This document shows positions 1 through 11,000 of a stretch of DNA of 43,896 nt, piece after piece. A program made the translations under genes and the position numbers. The stretch covers positions 124,001 through 167,896 of the forward strand of contig JAVKOQ020000108.1 in assembly GCA_031835245.2 (NCBI GenBank), read 5' to 3'. Under the pieces are notes generated by a model. The model made no database searches. It worked only from the letters and a program-made list of their open reading frames with translations, and was not told where the DNA came from. The DNA comes from Balamuthia mandrillaris. Its lineage: Eukaryota. Position 1 is the first letter of the stretch. Each line of letters starts with the position of its first letter.

Positions 1-1186
1 GCTGACGAGTTGCTGCTGCTGTCGTGGCTGCTCCAGACACACATGAGCTCAAGAGGGAGGGGGTGGGGCCACGGGCAAACGACGGAGTAGAGAAGGCCGT
101 GGTTGTGGCGGCGCTTCTTTGCCATTCGCCTGGCGGTTGCGGTTGTAGGAGTTGCGGCGAAGAAGAGCCGTTGGGCCAGAAAGAAGGCACATGCTTCCCC
201 CCTTCCTCCTCTCCCGCTTGCGTCCTCGTCTTTGAGCTCTTCTTTGGAGCTTTTTTGGGGCGGTCCAGATAAAAGTCGAGTTCGTTGGGACCCTGGCGGA
301 GGAAGCTTTTCTTCACTCTCATGCCTTTCTTCCTGCGGAGCTCCGTCAGCCGCTGTCGTTCGATGTCGAAGCTTGTTCGTTCCCTATTTTCATCTTCCTT
401 GGGTTGACCTTTCTTTGGTCGTTTCGAAACTCTAGTCTTGCTGTCGGAGGTTTGTGACGAATCCGTTTCGACACTTCGCCTCGGCTTTTTGGAAGGAGGT
501 GAGCCACTGGTTGAGCGTGCGTTCTGAAGGTCATCATCTTCATCTTTTTCGCTCCGCTCTTGGCGATCTTCTATTTTGAAATGTTGATGAAGATGATGTT
601 CTTCTGCTGAGTGCTGTGCTTGTTCACTCGTTCTTCTTGCGTGAAGCTCGGGCCTGTTTGTAGGAGGCCCGTTTGTGAAGGAGGAGTGAGAATAGCAGGC
701 CGTCACTTGGTTGGAGTAGAGGGTATGGGTCGCTGGTGAAAAAGATGAGCCCCGGTTCCATCTGATCTCTTGTGGAGGTTCTTCAGGCCAACTTGAGGGA
801 AGGGATTGCAACCAGGGTGCCGGGGTGACGCAGGGAGCAGCAGGGTGTGCAAGAGGCGGTGTCGCGTAGGACGAGTAAGCCGAGGACAACAGAGGAGGTG
901 GAGAAGGCTCGTTGAAGGGGGCTCCCAGCGACATCTTTCCTCGGTTGTCCCTGTAAGTGAACAAACAACAACCGCAGGGGGGCTGTTCCAGGAGGGGGGC
1001 AGATGGCTGATAGGGATAGCTGGGCGGAGGGTAAGCCCGTGGGTCAGGGTAGTAGTTGTGGAAGGCTGTAGGATCTGGAGAAGATGAGGATGAGCCAGGA
1101 ACAGGAATAGGGATAGCTGGGCGAAGGTTGTGGGAAAAACGAAGAGTGCATGGGCGGCTTTCCGATGGTGTCCTCCAGTCTGTCAT
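1..1186 (-). CDS. Hypothetical Pro/Ser-rich protein, 5' part; runs off the left window edge
   Basis: Manual translation: ATG at 1186 (directly after an in-frame TGA) opens a stop-free frame of about 395 codons to position 1 (MTDWRTPSESRPCTLRFSHNLRPAIPIPVPGSSSSSPDPTAFHNYYPDPRAYPPP...SPPSKKPRR...ERQRLTELRRKKGMRVKKSFLRQGPNELDFYLDRPKKAPKK...). It is missing from the ORF track because no stop falls inside the window. Basic NLS-like patches; no domain recognised. Confidence 0.7.
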   Translation of the reverse strand, partial: MTDWRTPSESRPCTLRFSHNLRPAIPIPVPGSSSSSPDPTAFHNYYPDPRAYPPPSYPYQPSAPLLEQPPCGCCLFTYRDNRGKMSLGAPFNEPSPPPLLSSAYSSYATPPLAHPAAPCVTPAPWLQSLPSSWPEEPPQEIRWNRGSSFSPATHTLYSNQVTACYSHSSFTNGPPTNRPELHARRTSEQAQHSAEEHHLHQHFKIEDRQERSEKDEDDDLQNARSTSGSPPSKKPRRSVETDSSQTSDSKTRVSKRPKKGQPKEDENRERTSFDIERQRLTELRRKKGMRVKKSFLRQGPNELDFYLDRPKKAPKKSSKTRTQAGEEEGGKHVPSFWPNGSSSPQLLQPQPPGEWQRSAATTTAFSTPSFARGPTPSLLSSCVSGAATTAAATRQ

Positions 1187-2026
1187 TCAGCAATCGAGCA
1201 ATCGACGGTCAGGTTGTTAACGGAGATCGACAGAAAAAAAAATATGTATAGATGAGAAGGGAACCTACGTTCGTTGTAGGGGAGTGTGCTTCGTGCTTTG
1301 TTTGTTGTTGTTGCGATGGTTCAAGAAACCAAAAGAAGAGAGAAAATAAAAAAAGAACACACACAAATACAACAACAACAAAAAAGATAAAAGAAAGCGA
1401 AGACTTGTATGGACTTTCTAAACCTGAAAAAAAAAACCTTTTCAAAACAGACTCTCAAAAAAAAAAAAAAAGCAAAACTTGCTTGTTTATCGCACATGCA
1501 CTCTCGCATTTTCCGCTCACTTTCTCCTGCCTCCTGCCAGAGGCAATCCATGTCATTTGCCCCAAAACGGCCGCACCCCTCGTCCTGCCCCCCATTGGGA
1601 CTGACCAGGGCGCACCGGCAAACGACCCCTTTTTGGATCTGTCACGGGATGATGGTCGGAGAGATGGCCATCTGTCGGTTTATCTGTATTCCCATTGTAG
1701 ATGATCTGCTGGGTAGATCCGACTGATATTCTGGTTGTTTATGGGCCTCATGGGCAGATTTGTTGTAGCCAAAAGGAATAAACTGCAGCTCCAACACACG
1801 GTGGAGAGACAACGGAAGATGCCACGAGAAGCTGTGCGTAACGCCACCGGCCGCACGCACACCCTCTGAATAAAGAAAAAAAGGGCATAGGAGTGCTTCT
1901 TGAGTAAGTTGGTTTTAAAAACTTTGAGGAAATGCTTCTCTTTTTTCCACTAAGCATCTTTCTATTGCGTTACACTTTCGGAATACAGGGGAAGAGGCAA
2001 TCCGCCTGGACCATGGTTCCTGCGAC

Positions 2027-4103
2027 TTACTTGCCAGCAGGTTTCCGGTCCGTGAAGCACAGCTTGACCGGTTCGTTGGGAACCAGGATCAGCGTCATGA
2101 TCTGGTCGGGTGTCTTCTCTCCAGCAAACTTGACGTCAAAGGCCTGCATGATCTGCGCGATAACGCTGTGCACTTCTGCCTCTGCCACTCGCCTGCCAAC
2201 GCACATGCGGGGACCGAAACCAAAGGGAGTGGCGGCGTAGGGATGGTACTCTCCGGTAAGCCACCTTTCAGGACGGTACTCCTCTGACTTGGGGAAGTAT
2301 TTCTCCATTTTAGCCAACGTCGGGCTTAACATGTCCACCGAGACCTGTTTATATTGTTGTTTCGTGTGAGAAGGGGAGCGACGGCTAAAGTGTCTAACAA
2401 GCAAACTACCCCTGCAGGAATGCGATAACCTAGCATGTCAAACTCTTGTTCGAGGATGCGAGTATACAATACAGTGATCGGATGCAATCTGCGAAGAAGA
2501 ATGAGAAAGCAGGCAGGAAAGAATGAGACAACAAAGTCATACCGAAGTCCTTCCCTGACACAAGCCTTGAGGTAAGGGAGTCTCTTGAGTGTCTCTACCG
2601 TCGGCTTCTCATTGCCTAACACCTCATCCAGCTCTTGGTGCAACTTTGCTTGCGCCTCAGGATGTCGTGACAGCTCGTACAACGTGAACAAAACGGTGAA
2701 TGCCGTCTAGACAGAGATGTCAGACGAAAGGAGAGCAACAAAGGACAGAGAGAGGAACGAACAGTATCAACACCAGCTGCCAAAAGGTCAATACAGTTGG
2801 TAGAGATCTCTTCCGCCGTCAATCCATCCTTGCTGAGCAGGTGAGCAAGGAAGCTGGGGTTGTCCTGGAGGGCCGCCTCACCTTTCTCCTCCACTAGCTT
2901 GCGGATTTCCTTAAGCTTGCGCTCGACGTGCAGCTCCCCTACCTCCTTCACGTCGTCAAAGCATTGTGCCATCTTGTTCCATGTGGGCGTGTTGAAGAGC
3001 AGGTAAAATGGAGCGCCGTAGAGCAGCTTGTGGGAGGCATCCAAAAGGCCGTTGATGGCCTTCACAAACTTCTGGACGTTGGGGTCTGGATTGGGAACGA
3101 GACAACCGACTCTTGCATCAAAGATAACAGTTCCTACGGCTGCAAAGCAAAGTGAAGTAAGGTATTAGTGAACGTTTCTCTGGAGCGGATGAAGTGAAGA
3201 AAAGAAGAGAACACAAGGTGGGCTTTCGCAGCATGCTTACCCTCAATGCCAAAACGAGAGAGAAGGTTTTCGACGTGGGGGATATGGCCGGACGAGTCCA
3301 CACGGCTGTTGCGCATGAGCTTCACCAGGTCGGCGCCGACCTCCACCATGGCAGGAACCCACTGCTCCACGACGGGCATGCGCAGCAACTTCTCGCTCAA
3401 TACTCTCCTGAAACGAACCCATTCCTCGCCGTTCCTGAAAAAACAGATGAAGAAGCCAGTGAGAAAGGAACGAAACATGAGATGAGGAGAAAGATAGACA
3501 AACAAAAAGAGAAACAAGGACTTACACTTGGAGAATGCCAGGAAACAAGTTTCTGCTTTTACGAAAGATTGTCCAAACGGGCACGTCGGGTCGCCTGGGC
3601 ACCTTGCCAGCAGCCTGATGCACCCGGGCCACCTCGTCGGCATCCGCTAGCAGCAGACGCTTGCTTCCAAAGAGGTCGTATCTCACGAGAGGACCATAAG
3701 TTTTCACCATGTCGTCCATTTTCATGTGCATCTTTCGGAGGCCGCCTGGGTAGCGAAGGAACTCGATGAGGTTGCCAACGATAGGATAACCTCTAGGCCC
3801 AGGGATTGCTTCGTATGGCTTGAGGTCGGCTTTGGAGGTGGAAGAGGTCTTATCATCAAAGTTAACGTCGGAGAGCTTGGCGTCCAATGAGTCAGCCAGC
3901 GAGGCAGCCGCGGCAGCCGAAGCCGAAGAAGCTGCACTTTGTTTGGGAGGAGGAGACGGGGCAACAGAGAAGGAGCGTGCAGATGGACCACGCAGAGAGG
4001 AAGAAAAAAGGGATGAAGGGCATAAGCGGTCCCGCAGAAGGGGGGAGCAACCGCGAAGCTTCCTCGCGGGGAGGAGAGGTGCGGCGGAGAGACCTCTCTT
4101 CAT
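2027..4103 (-). CDS. Cytochrome P450, mitochondrial-clan-like (6 exons)
   Basis: Arg/Ser/Leu-rich acid-poor N-terminus, PYEAIPGPRGYPIVGNL, ILQV|NGEEWVRFRR (WxxxR), I-helix LLAAGVDT|T, K-helix LPYLKACVREGLR|LHP (ExxR), PERW, heme motif PFGFGPRMCVGRRVAE. Five GT-AG introns (about 3525-3435, 3240-3140, 2762-2707, 2541-2489, 2408-2345) join the ORF-track fragments in frame. Confidence 0.95.
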
Positions 4104-4533
4104 GTTCTAATATAGTTGTTCGACAAAAGTAAAAAAAATAGAGCCAGCGAGTTCTATAGTACCTTTAACGAAACGGCACGTTGCGGTGGTCACTATTTAA
4201 GGAAAGACTGAAAGAGATAAGCGGCAAAGGTCTCACCCGAAAGAGGGAAGGAAGCAAGAGCACTGCGCTGGGCGAAGGGAGGTGTCACCTCCTCGACGTT
4301 GCTCTCCAACAAAGGGTGGCTGTGAAGAGGGATTAGTAAAATAGAGACCCAGAAGGAAGGGGAGAGTAAGAGAGCGAGAGCGAGAGAGAGAAAGCGAGAG
4401 AGAGAGAGAGAGAGAGAGAGAAGAACGGATAGCGAGATTTCTACATCGGGTGGTTTGTTACAAGGAGACACGATAGTGTACAATGGGCTCTCTTGCTTTG
4501 TACATGGTTATACAGCAGGTTATGAAGTCGCAA

Positions 4534-4903
4534 TCAGCATACCAAACAGTTGGCCTTTTGTTTTGAGGCGCAATCCACTCTTGCTGCCTCCACCTGGAAC
4601 ACGGCTGACATGATGGTGCTAACCATCAGATGTAGAGCTTGTTTGACGTGTTCGTTCTTTTTGAGGCTTGTTTCTACGTATTCCATCTGAAGTTCATTTG
4701 CTAGTTCCTGCGTTACAACGAAAGGAGATGATAGCGAAGAGAAAAGCGAGAAGAGAGGAAAGAACAAGAAGGAGCACGGACGAGAGTGGAGAAGAGAAGA
4801 AAAAGAGACCAAGACGAGAGTTATGAGAGGTTAGTGCACGGAAGCGAATGGAACAAAAACATTACGAGGAGAAGTGTATTGATGGCAGAGAGGGGAGAGC
4901 GAG

Positions 4904-4951
<48 letters not shown>

Positions 4952-5412
4952 AGCGAGAGCGAGAGCGAGAGAGAGAAGGGGAGTAGAACACGAGGGAAGA
5001 ACAAAGAGACGTGAACTGAAGGAAATGAGAGAGGGAGAGTGAAGGAACCAGAGCTGATCCACATGAAACCACTCTTTCCTCCTTGAGGTCCGTTTTGTTT
5101 GCAACAAGGATGGTAAGTAGATGATGTTTGGAAGAGGAATGTATCACATCTCGCCATTTCCTGTTCAACGAATAGTCAGAATACCGTTTTCAGTCCAAAC
5201 GTACCTCCACCCGTAGCGAGCAAAAACTTACTTTACGTTATCAAAGCTTTTCTTGTTGGTGACATCAAACAGAAGAAAGAACGCACTTGAGATGCTACAC
5301 CGCCGACTTACATATGAGTCGCTTCTGAATTGGACCATGTCTGGTTGATCCCACTTACCACACATAAGTTAATAACTAGAAAAGGCAGAGAGAGAGAGAG
5401 AGAGATAAAGAG

Positions 5413-5452
<40 letters not shown>

Positions 5453-6230
5453 ATGTACGAATTCAATGTTGACTTTGACGTTTTGATATGAGACAACCGT
5501 TGCTTTGGGGAGTAAAAAAGATAGCGACTTGCGTTCCTAAAGCAAGAATAAGAATAGAGACAGGTAAGAAGTAGCAAAGCAAATGGCTACATACGGAACC
5601 CATGAACTGTCTAGACTGTTGATTTTAATGAGTGTTTAGTAACTTGCTTTCTAATCGCTCCTTCCATGTTCGCTCCTCTCTATCACTCTCCAACAGAGGA
5701 GCACCTACCGTGAACAAGCTAATAAAGTTCGTCTGGTCGTTTTCGTTTGGTTAAAAGGCAAACACATACAAGGAAACACACAAAAAAGTACCTTTCCGAC
5801 AGACTCGTCACCTACCACGCCGACTCTCAGCTTATAGTCAACTTGTGTCCCCGACCCTTCACAACTAGAAGGCGACGAGGATAGCAATTGCAGCATTCGC
5901 TGCCTCCGAGCTTCCTTCTTCTTGCGAGCGTTACAATGTTGTTGAAGAAAAACCGCCTTCCAGTTCTTATTGTCCTTGTCAGCCCTTTGAATGAGCTTCG
6001 AAGGAGCAACGCGTTCTAGGTATTGCTTCCAGAGACTTGGAAACACTAATGCTTAGAAAAAAAGTAGAAAAGCAACAGAGGGAAAGATGTTAAAGTACGT
6101 ACTTGGACAGAGGCCCGACATGATAAAAGAGCTGGCAAACATGCGTCACATTGAGACTATCCTGAATCGTTGGTAGCATGTCGAAGATGCCCACCAGAAT
6201 CTCGCACGGAAGGTCCTGCACCGTTGCCAT
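4534..6230 (-). CDS. F-box domain fused to a Rab/Ras-like small GTPase (multi-exon)
   Basis: N-terminus MATVQDLPCEILVGIFDMLPTIQDSLNVTHVCQLFY is an F-box pattern. It is followed by YKLRVGVVGDESVGK|T (G1), VKVNIEF|WDQPD (G3 position), FLLFDVTNKKSFDNVK, LVANKTDL (G4), YVETSLK (G5) and C-terminal CLVC*. Confidence 0.85.
4895..4976. repeat. (GA)n/(GAGAGC)n microsatellite in an intron
   Basis: Visible dinucleotide run. Similar intronic GA/CT tracts occur at about 4375, 5390, 18600, 22470, 31850, 32290 and 38620. Confidence 0.95.
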
Positions 6231-6415
6231 TCCACTGTGTATTGTTGTCGTTTGCCGTCTCTCAGTCTTTCCTTTCTCTGTTGTTTAACAAAGATGAGTA
6301 CTTTGGGAATGGTATTAAACTCGGAGCAGGCCGCTCGCCCGTGTCTCTTTGTGTCATGCAAATGAATTAAATATCAACTAATATCAACAAACGTGATCTC
6401 CATCAGAAACGAGCG

Positions 6416-7704
6416 TCAAAGTATGTCTGTGTCAAAGGCATGTACCACATGCTCAATAAACCCAGCCATATCCTTGGGCAAGTCCCCCTCCTCTTTGGCT
6501 CTCCTGCAGAACCTCTGGTACATCTCTCTCCGCAACATCACACAGTCTTCCAACACTCGTCTATCCACCTTTTCTTCTTCCGTGCCTTCTTCTCCTTTTG
6601 CTTTGTTCTTTGCTCTGTTCCACTCTTCCTCGTAGCCTCTGCACAAAGAGTTGGTGAAGGCAGTCTCATCCAACGGCGGAGCATTTTCGCCTGTTAGTCC
6701 GGGGATGCCGCCTCGTGCTGCCATTCGTATAGCCCAAATGGGTTGAGCAACGTCATAGAGGAACCACGCGCGTTGGGTCTGGTCAAAATCGAACACGTCG
6801 ATGTGGCCTTGTTTGTCCACAAAAAAGTTGCTCGGGTTTACATCGCCATGAATCACTCCAAAGGAAGAAGAAAGTGAAGAAGAAGTGGTTTCTTCTTTGG
6901 CAGCTGCATTGCTTTCTGCACCTTGAGTGAGTGAGGAGAGAGGAGAAGGAAGATGGTCGATGGAGACACCCCGGAGGATGCCATCATGAACGTCGTCCCA
7001 TGGTTGTATACGAGCGGCCACTTGAGGGTGCTCCCTGGCAAAGCTTCGCGAGGCGAGGTGCAGTTGCGCCATCCACCTTCCTTGCTCCTCCACGAGGGCG
7101 GCATCGGTGGCCCACAACCATTCTGTGAAGACCACAGGCCCTCCCTCGGCGTAGCGGGTTACCACCACGATGGTTCTATGGTGGTGGCCTTTATCTCCAG
7201 CGCCGGGGGCGTCATCGCTGAGGCGAATGCCTGGCTCGATGGGACCGCAGGCACGCACGCCGGCTGCCACGATGTAGCGCAAGAACGCGAGCTCATCTTC
7301 GATGCGAGAGAGACATCCTGGCGTTGCCGTTGCGCGGACTATCACTTTCTTTTTTTTTTTTTGTTTGTTGTTGTGAATGACGAGGAAAAAAGGAGGAGAG
7401 AGGAAGTATACTTGGCCATCGTGGAGGTGACCGGTGTAAGTGACGTTCTGCGAGGACTTGAGACGAGGGCCAAGCTTGGAGCCTGGCCAGCCGGCCTCAA
7501 AGGTGGCGGCCACCACGGCATCGTCCACCGGCGTGGCATCAAAGAGGCGCTTCTTCTGTTGTGGTGCCTTTTTTTTAAGTTTCGATTTGTTTCTATCAGC
7601 AAAGAGAAGAAAGAGAGTGAGAGAGAGAGAGAGAGAGAGAGCAAGAGCTCGCCAAGGTGGAATCGGTCCGAACAGAGCACTTCTCACGTTACCTCTGCTT
7701 GCAT
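6416..7704 (-). CDS. Aminoglycoside phosphotransferase / homoserine kinase type II-like small-molecule kinase
   Basis: SSQNVTY, VIVR, ELAFLRY, GRWMAQLH, Brenner motif FGVIHGDVNPSNFFV, DFD, WFLYDVA. Predicted first exon ATG CAA GCA GAG (7704-7693) spliced to KKRLFDATP; second in-frame intron at about 7410-7349. Confidence 0.88.
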
Positions 7705-7889
7705 TTCTTTGATCTTCGTAGTATTCTTTTTATAGGCGAAAAGAATCAAAAATAATCAAAAATATTTCATCTATTTTTGGTAAAATTATTGAACAAAATT
7801 GAAATACTACAAAAAAACTATTCAACTTTCGATCAAACCTGAACGAAAAGTTCAACGAAAAAAATTGGAAGAATTATCCTGCTGCTGCT

Positions 7890-8360
7890 TCATCGTTCCT
7901 CATGCGAAGCTTCTCTCAACAAATCCTGTCGAGACAAAGAAGACGAAGAAGAAGAGGTCTGCTTGTGCTCCTCGTAGACCAGCCGTCTCATGCTCTTCGA
8001 GGCAATGTTTGGGCGAAACGCTTTCTCCAAGCTTTGTGAAGAGTAGGTGCTGCTGTTATGGTGACGACAGGAAATACCCTTTTGGCTGCTCCAAAGCTCC
8101 TTCCTGCTCTCCATGGTTTGTTTCCACCGTTGTTCGAGCTCCGTGGAACGGGGTCGAAGAGAGGCCTTCTCCTCTTTGCCCTGCTGTCGTTTGTTGCTCT
8201 TTCTGGTGGGAAGGCCCTCGCGAGAAGAAGAGGCGGAGGCTGCCAAGGAAGGGGTGGACATGCTTCTCTCTCGTTGAACAAATGGCTCCGAGAGGGGAGG
8301 CCAGCTCTGGCTGTTCCTTCGTTTCAAGCGTTTGCCCACGGAGCTTGGCGAGTTGCCCAT
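7890..8360 (-). CDS. Hypothetical 156-aa protein, possibly N-myristoylated
   Basis: Starts MGNSPSSVGKRLKRR (Gly2/Ser6 consensus plus a basic cluster). GC-richer than its AT-rich flanks; no domain recognised. Confidence 0.55.
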   Translation of the reverse strand: MGNSPSSVGKRLKRRNSQSWPPLSEPFVQRERSMSTPSLAASASSSREGLPTRKSNKRQQGKEEKASLRPRSTELEQRWKQTMESRKELWSSQKGISCRHHNSSTYSSQSLEKAFRPNIASKSMRRLVYEEHKQTSSSSSSLSRQDLLREASHEER

Positions 8361-8830
8361 AGTGCTTGTCCGGTAGGGATGTCTGTCTTTTTTAACAAAT
8401 AAATCGTTTTTGGATTTTTGTTTTCTTTGAACGAGAGAGAAAAAATTTGAAACTCTCGCCCTTCAACCAAACTAACAAAAATACGAAGAGAGATACTTGC
8501 AAGAAAATGAATGTAACTAGGGGACATATATATTCATTTTGCTATAACTGAACAGCGTTACATCAATAATTACATTTCCTATTGACGATAATCGCCCCTC
8601 CGAGATTTCCGTTCGTTTGCTGACGAAATTTGGTACCGAACGAAGACCCCTCAAGAAATAGTCGTGGAAAGTTTTTGTCGACGTGTGCCACATTTCATGT
8701 CGACACCAAAAAAGAAAGCACAAAAAGAACGCGAAGAGAAGAGAAGAGAAACCCAAAGACTTCTTTGCGCCCTTTTCGACTGCTTCCTTCATCTCTTCTC
8801 CAGTTTAGGGTTTTTTTTTTGGGTTGCACA

Positions 8831-10143
8831 ATGGTTGGTTTTTTTATCTCTCTCTCTCTCTCTCTCTCTTTCCTTCTTCTGTGGGTCACTCTGTGTTTCA
8901 GACTGACGTCATTGGAAAATCATCTCGCAGAGTAAACCAGGTTCAGCCGGCATTGCCTCCGACACCAACGCGAATGTGGACCGGAGAGAGCGCTTGAGGC
9001 AGTTGGCCCTCCAAACCATCGATCTTGCCAAAGATCCCTACATCTTCAAAAATCACCTGTACGATTCTGAAGTGCTCTTTTTTCTTCTTTGCGGTTTTGT
9101 TTGGCTGGAGTTTTAGCTCACACAGCATAAACAGGGGATCGTATGAATGCAAACTTTGTCTCACACTCCACAACAATGAGGGCAACTACTTGGCACACAC
9201 GCAAGGCAAAAAACATCAAACCAACCTCGCGAGAAGAGGTACACACCTTTTCCTCTTGTTCTCTTTTTTCTCTCCTGCTTTAATACCTCGTTTTGCCTCG
9301 TGGTGCCCGTTCGCTCACCCCTTTCTCCACCACTCACTCACAGCTGCACGAGAGGCAAAAGATAGTCCTGCATCGATGGTGCCTCCACCCTCCGTAACAG
9401 CCAAACGGAACATGATGATGATGCCGATGATGAGGATGCCAAAAATCGGACGGCCAGGCTACAAAGTCATTCGACAGATTGACCCCACCACTGGGCAAAA
9501 GAGTTTGATCTTTGAAATCAAGTACCCTGAGATAGCGGAGGGCATGCAACCAAGGTTTTGTTTCTTCTCTTTCCCTCGTTCTCTTCCTTCGTTTATCCTT
9601 CTCTCTTGACCGCAACGTTCTATGTCTCTTTCGCTCTCTGCTGTGCTGTTTGTCTATCTTCCCGTTTTAACCGGTCAAGTCTTGCTTATATGTTTCTTTC
9701 TTGTTCTTATTTTGATTTGTTCTTTATATCGTTTATCAAAGGCATCGGTTCATGTCGGCGTATGAACAAAAGGTGGAGTTGCCAAACCCCAAGTTTCAAT
9801 ACTTGTTGTTTGCAGCGCAGCCCTATGAGACGATTGCATTCAAGATTCCTAGTTGGGAGATAGACCGAGGAGGAGCAGGAAAGGACAGTAAGATCTACAC
9901 CAACTGGGACCGAGACTCTCTTACGTTTACGGTACTATTCCCTCCATCTTTCTTTTGTTTTAAAAGGATTGTTTCTCACATCTGTTATTTCTTTTCCTTG
10001 TTGAATTACAGCTGCAATTCCATTACAAAGTGACGGGAGCGAAACGCGAGGACAACGAGGAGGAAGAGGAGGAGGAAGAAGAGGAACAAGAATACACAGA
10101 GGAAATACGTTCTTTACCAACCGTCAAGGAAGAACAGTATTGA
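8831..10143 (+). CDS. SF3A2: Splicing factor 3A subunit 2 (SF3a66/Prp11)
   Basis: VDRRERLRQLALQTIDLAKDPYIFKNHL|GSYECKLCLTLHNNEGNYLAHTQGKKHQTNLARR, KIGRPGYKV, FMSAYEQKVE, QYLLFAAQPYETIAFKIPS. Ends in an acidic tail, TGA at 10141-10143. The start at 8831 (ATG-only exon spliced to 8931) is inferred. Confidence 0.96.
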
Positions 10144-10247
10144 TCCCTTAACTCCAAAAGAAATATAACGGATTGAAGACCTTGCAGCGAGAGAATCTCT
10201 CTCTTTTTCTTTTCTTCGGGTGACCACGGTTATTGCCTAATAGGTTG

Positions 10248-10619
10248 CACCCACCTTAATTATCCATGTCGACTCGAACAATAATTCCTAATCACAAATC
10301 GAGGGTCCGCCCATAAATCTCGCCTTTACTTCCTCACCGTGAATTTAGGTTCCCCATTTGACGGTCGAGGGTTCTCCCCGTGAATTTTTCGGAGCAGGCA
10401 TAGGCGAATCTTTGGTAATCTATTCTCCCCTTTCGCACCCTCGCGCTGTCAATGTCACGGGCATTTGGGCTAAATTTTCTTCCGGTGTTCCTGTTGGTCG
10501 GAAACACCTTAAACATATTAATTCATAAGGCGTTGGAGATCCATAATTGGTCAATCTTGTCGACAAACGCAGGCAGAAAGGTGCGCTACGATGCTGGCAG
10601 CATCCGTTTAAGGTGGGTG
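10248..10619. mobile_element. Candidate MITE-like segment bounded by a perfect 12-bp inverted repeat
   Basis: CACCCACCTTAA (10248-10259) and TTAAGGTGGGTG (10608-10619) flank about 350 bp of non-coding sequence lacking the usual homopolymer tracts. No target-site duplication seen. Confidence 0.35.
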
Positions 10620-11000
10620 AATTTTTTTTTCTGTGTTTCTACTTCCCCCTTTTTCGGTGCTTTTTTTTTGGGGTGTTGCTTAATTTTTTTTTCCTGTTTC
10701 TTCTTTCTTCTCCTGCAGCACGTCGTAGCAGAGAGAAATTCCCCACACACACGGACACGTACACAACCGCAGGAGATAAGCAGGAGACGTGGTAATCCTC
10801 CTCTGGAAAAAAAAAAATCCCATAGCTCCATTGTATTTCCTTTGGGTTCGTATGGTTCATTCATGCTCTACTTTGTTTTTTTTTTTTTCATCTCCTTAAA
10901 ATTTTTTTTCCATGGACCGTTTCAGCTGTTAATCTTTTTTTTGTTGTAAACGTATTTTTTTTTTTGGCTACCCGACACCCCAACCACAGACCAAACTCAG

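Noticed and set aside
1252..1960. Short overlapping ORFs between the edge gene and the P450
   Set aside because: No motifs or consistent exon structure; probably UTR or promoter sequence.
4786..5168. Several ERERER/SLSLSL ORFs
   Set aside because: These are (GA)n intron tracts; only the KWRDV...VVSCGS exon is coding.
6953..7735. 260-aa plus-strand ORF, and similar antisense ORFs over the HA, P450 and DOCK genes
   Set aside because: They are shadow frames of GC-rich coding sequence on the opposite strand with no recognisable motifs.
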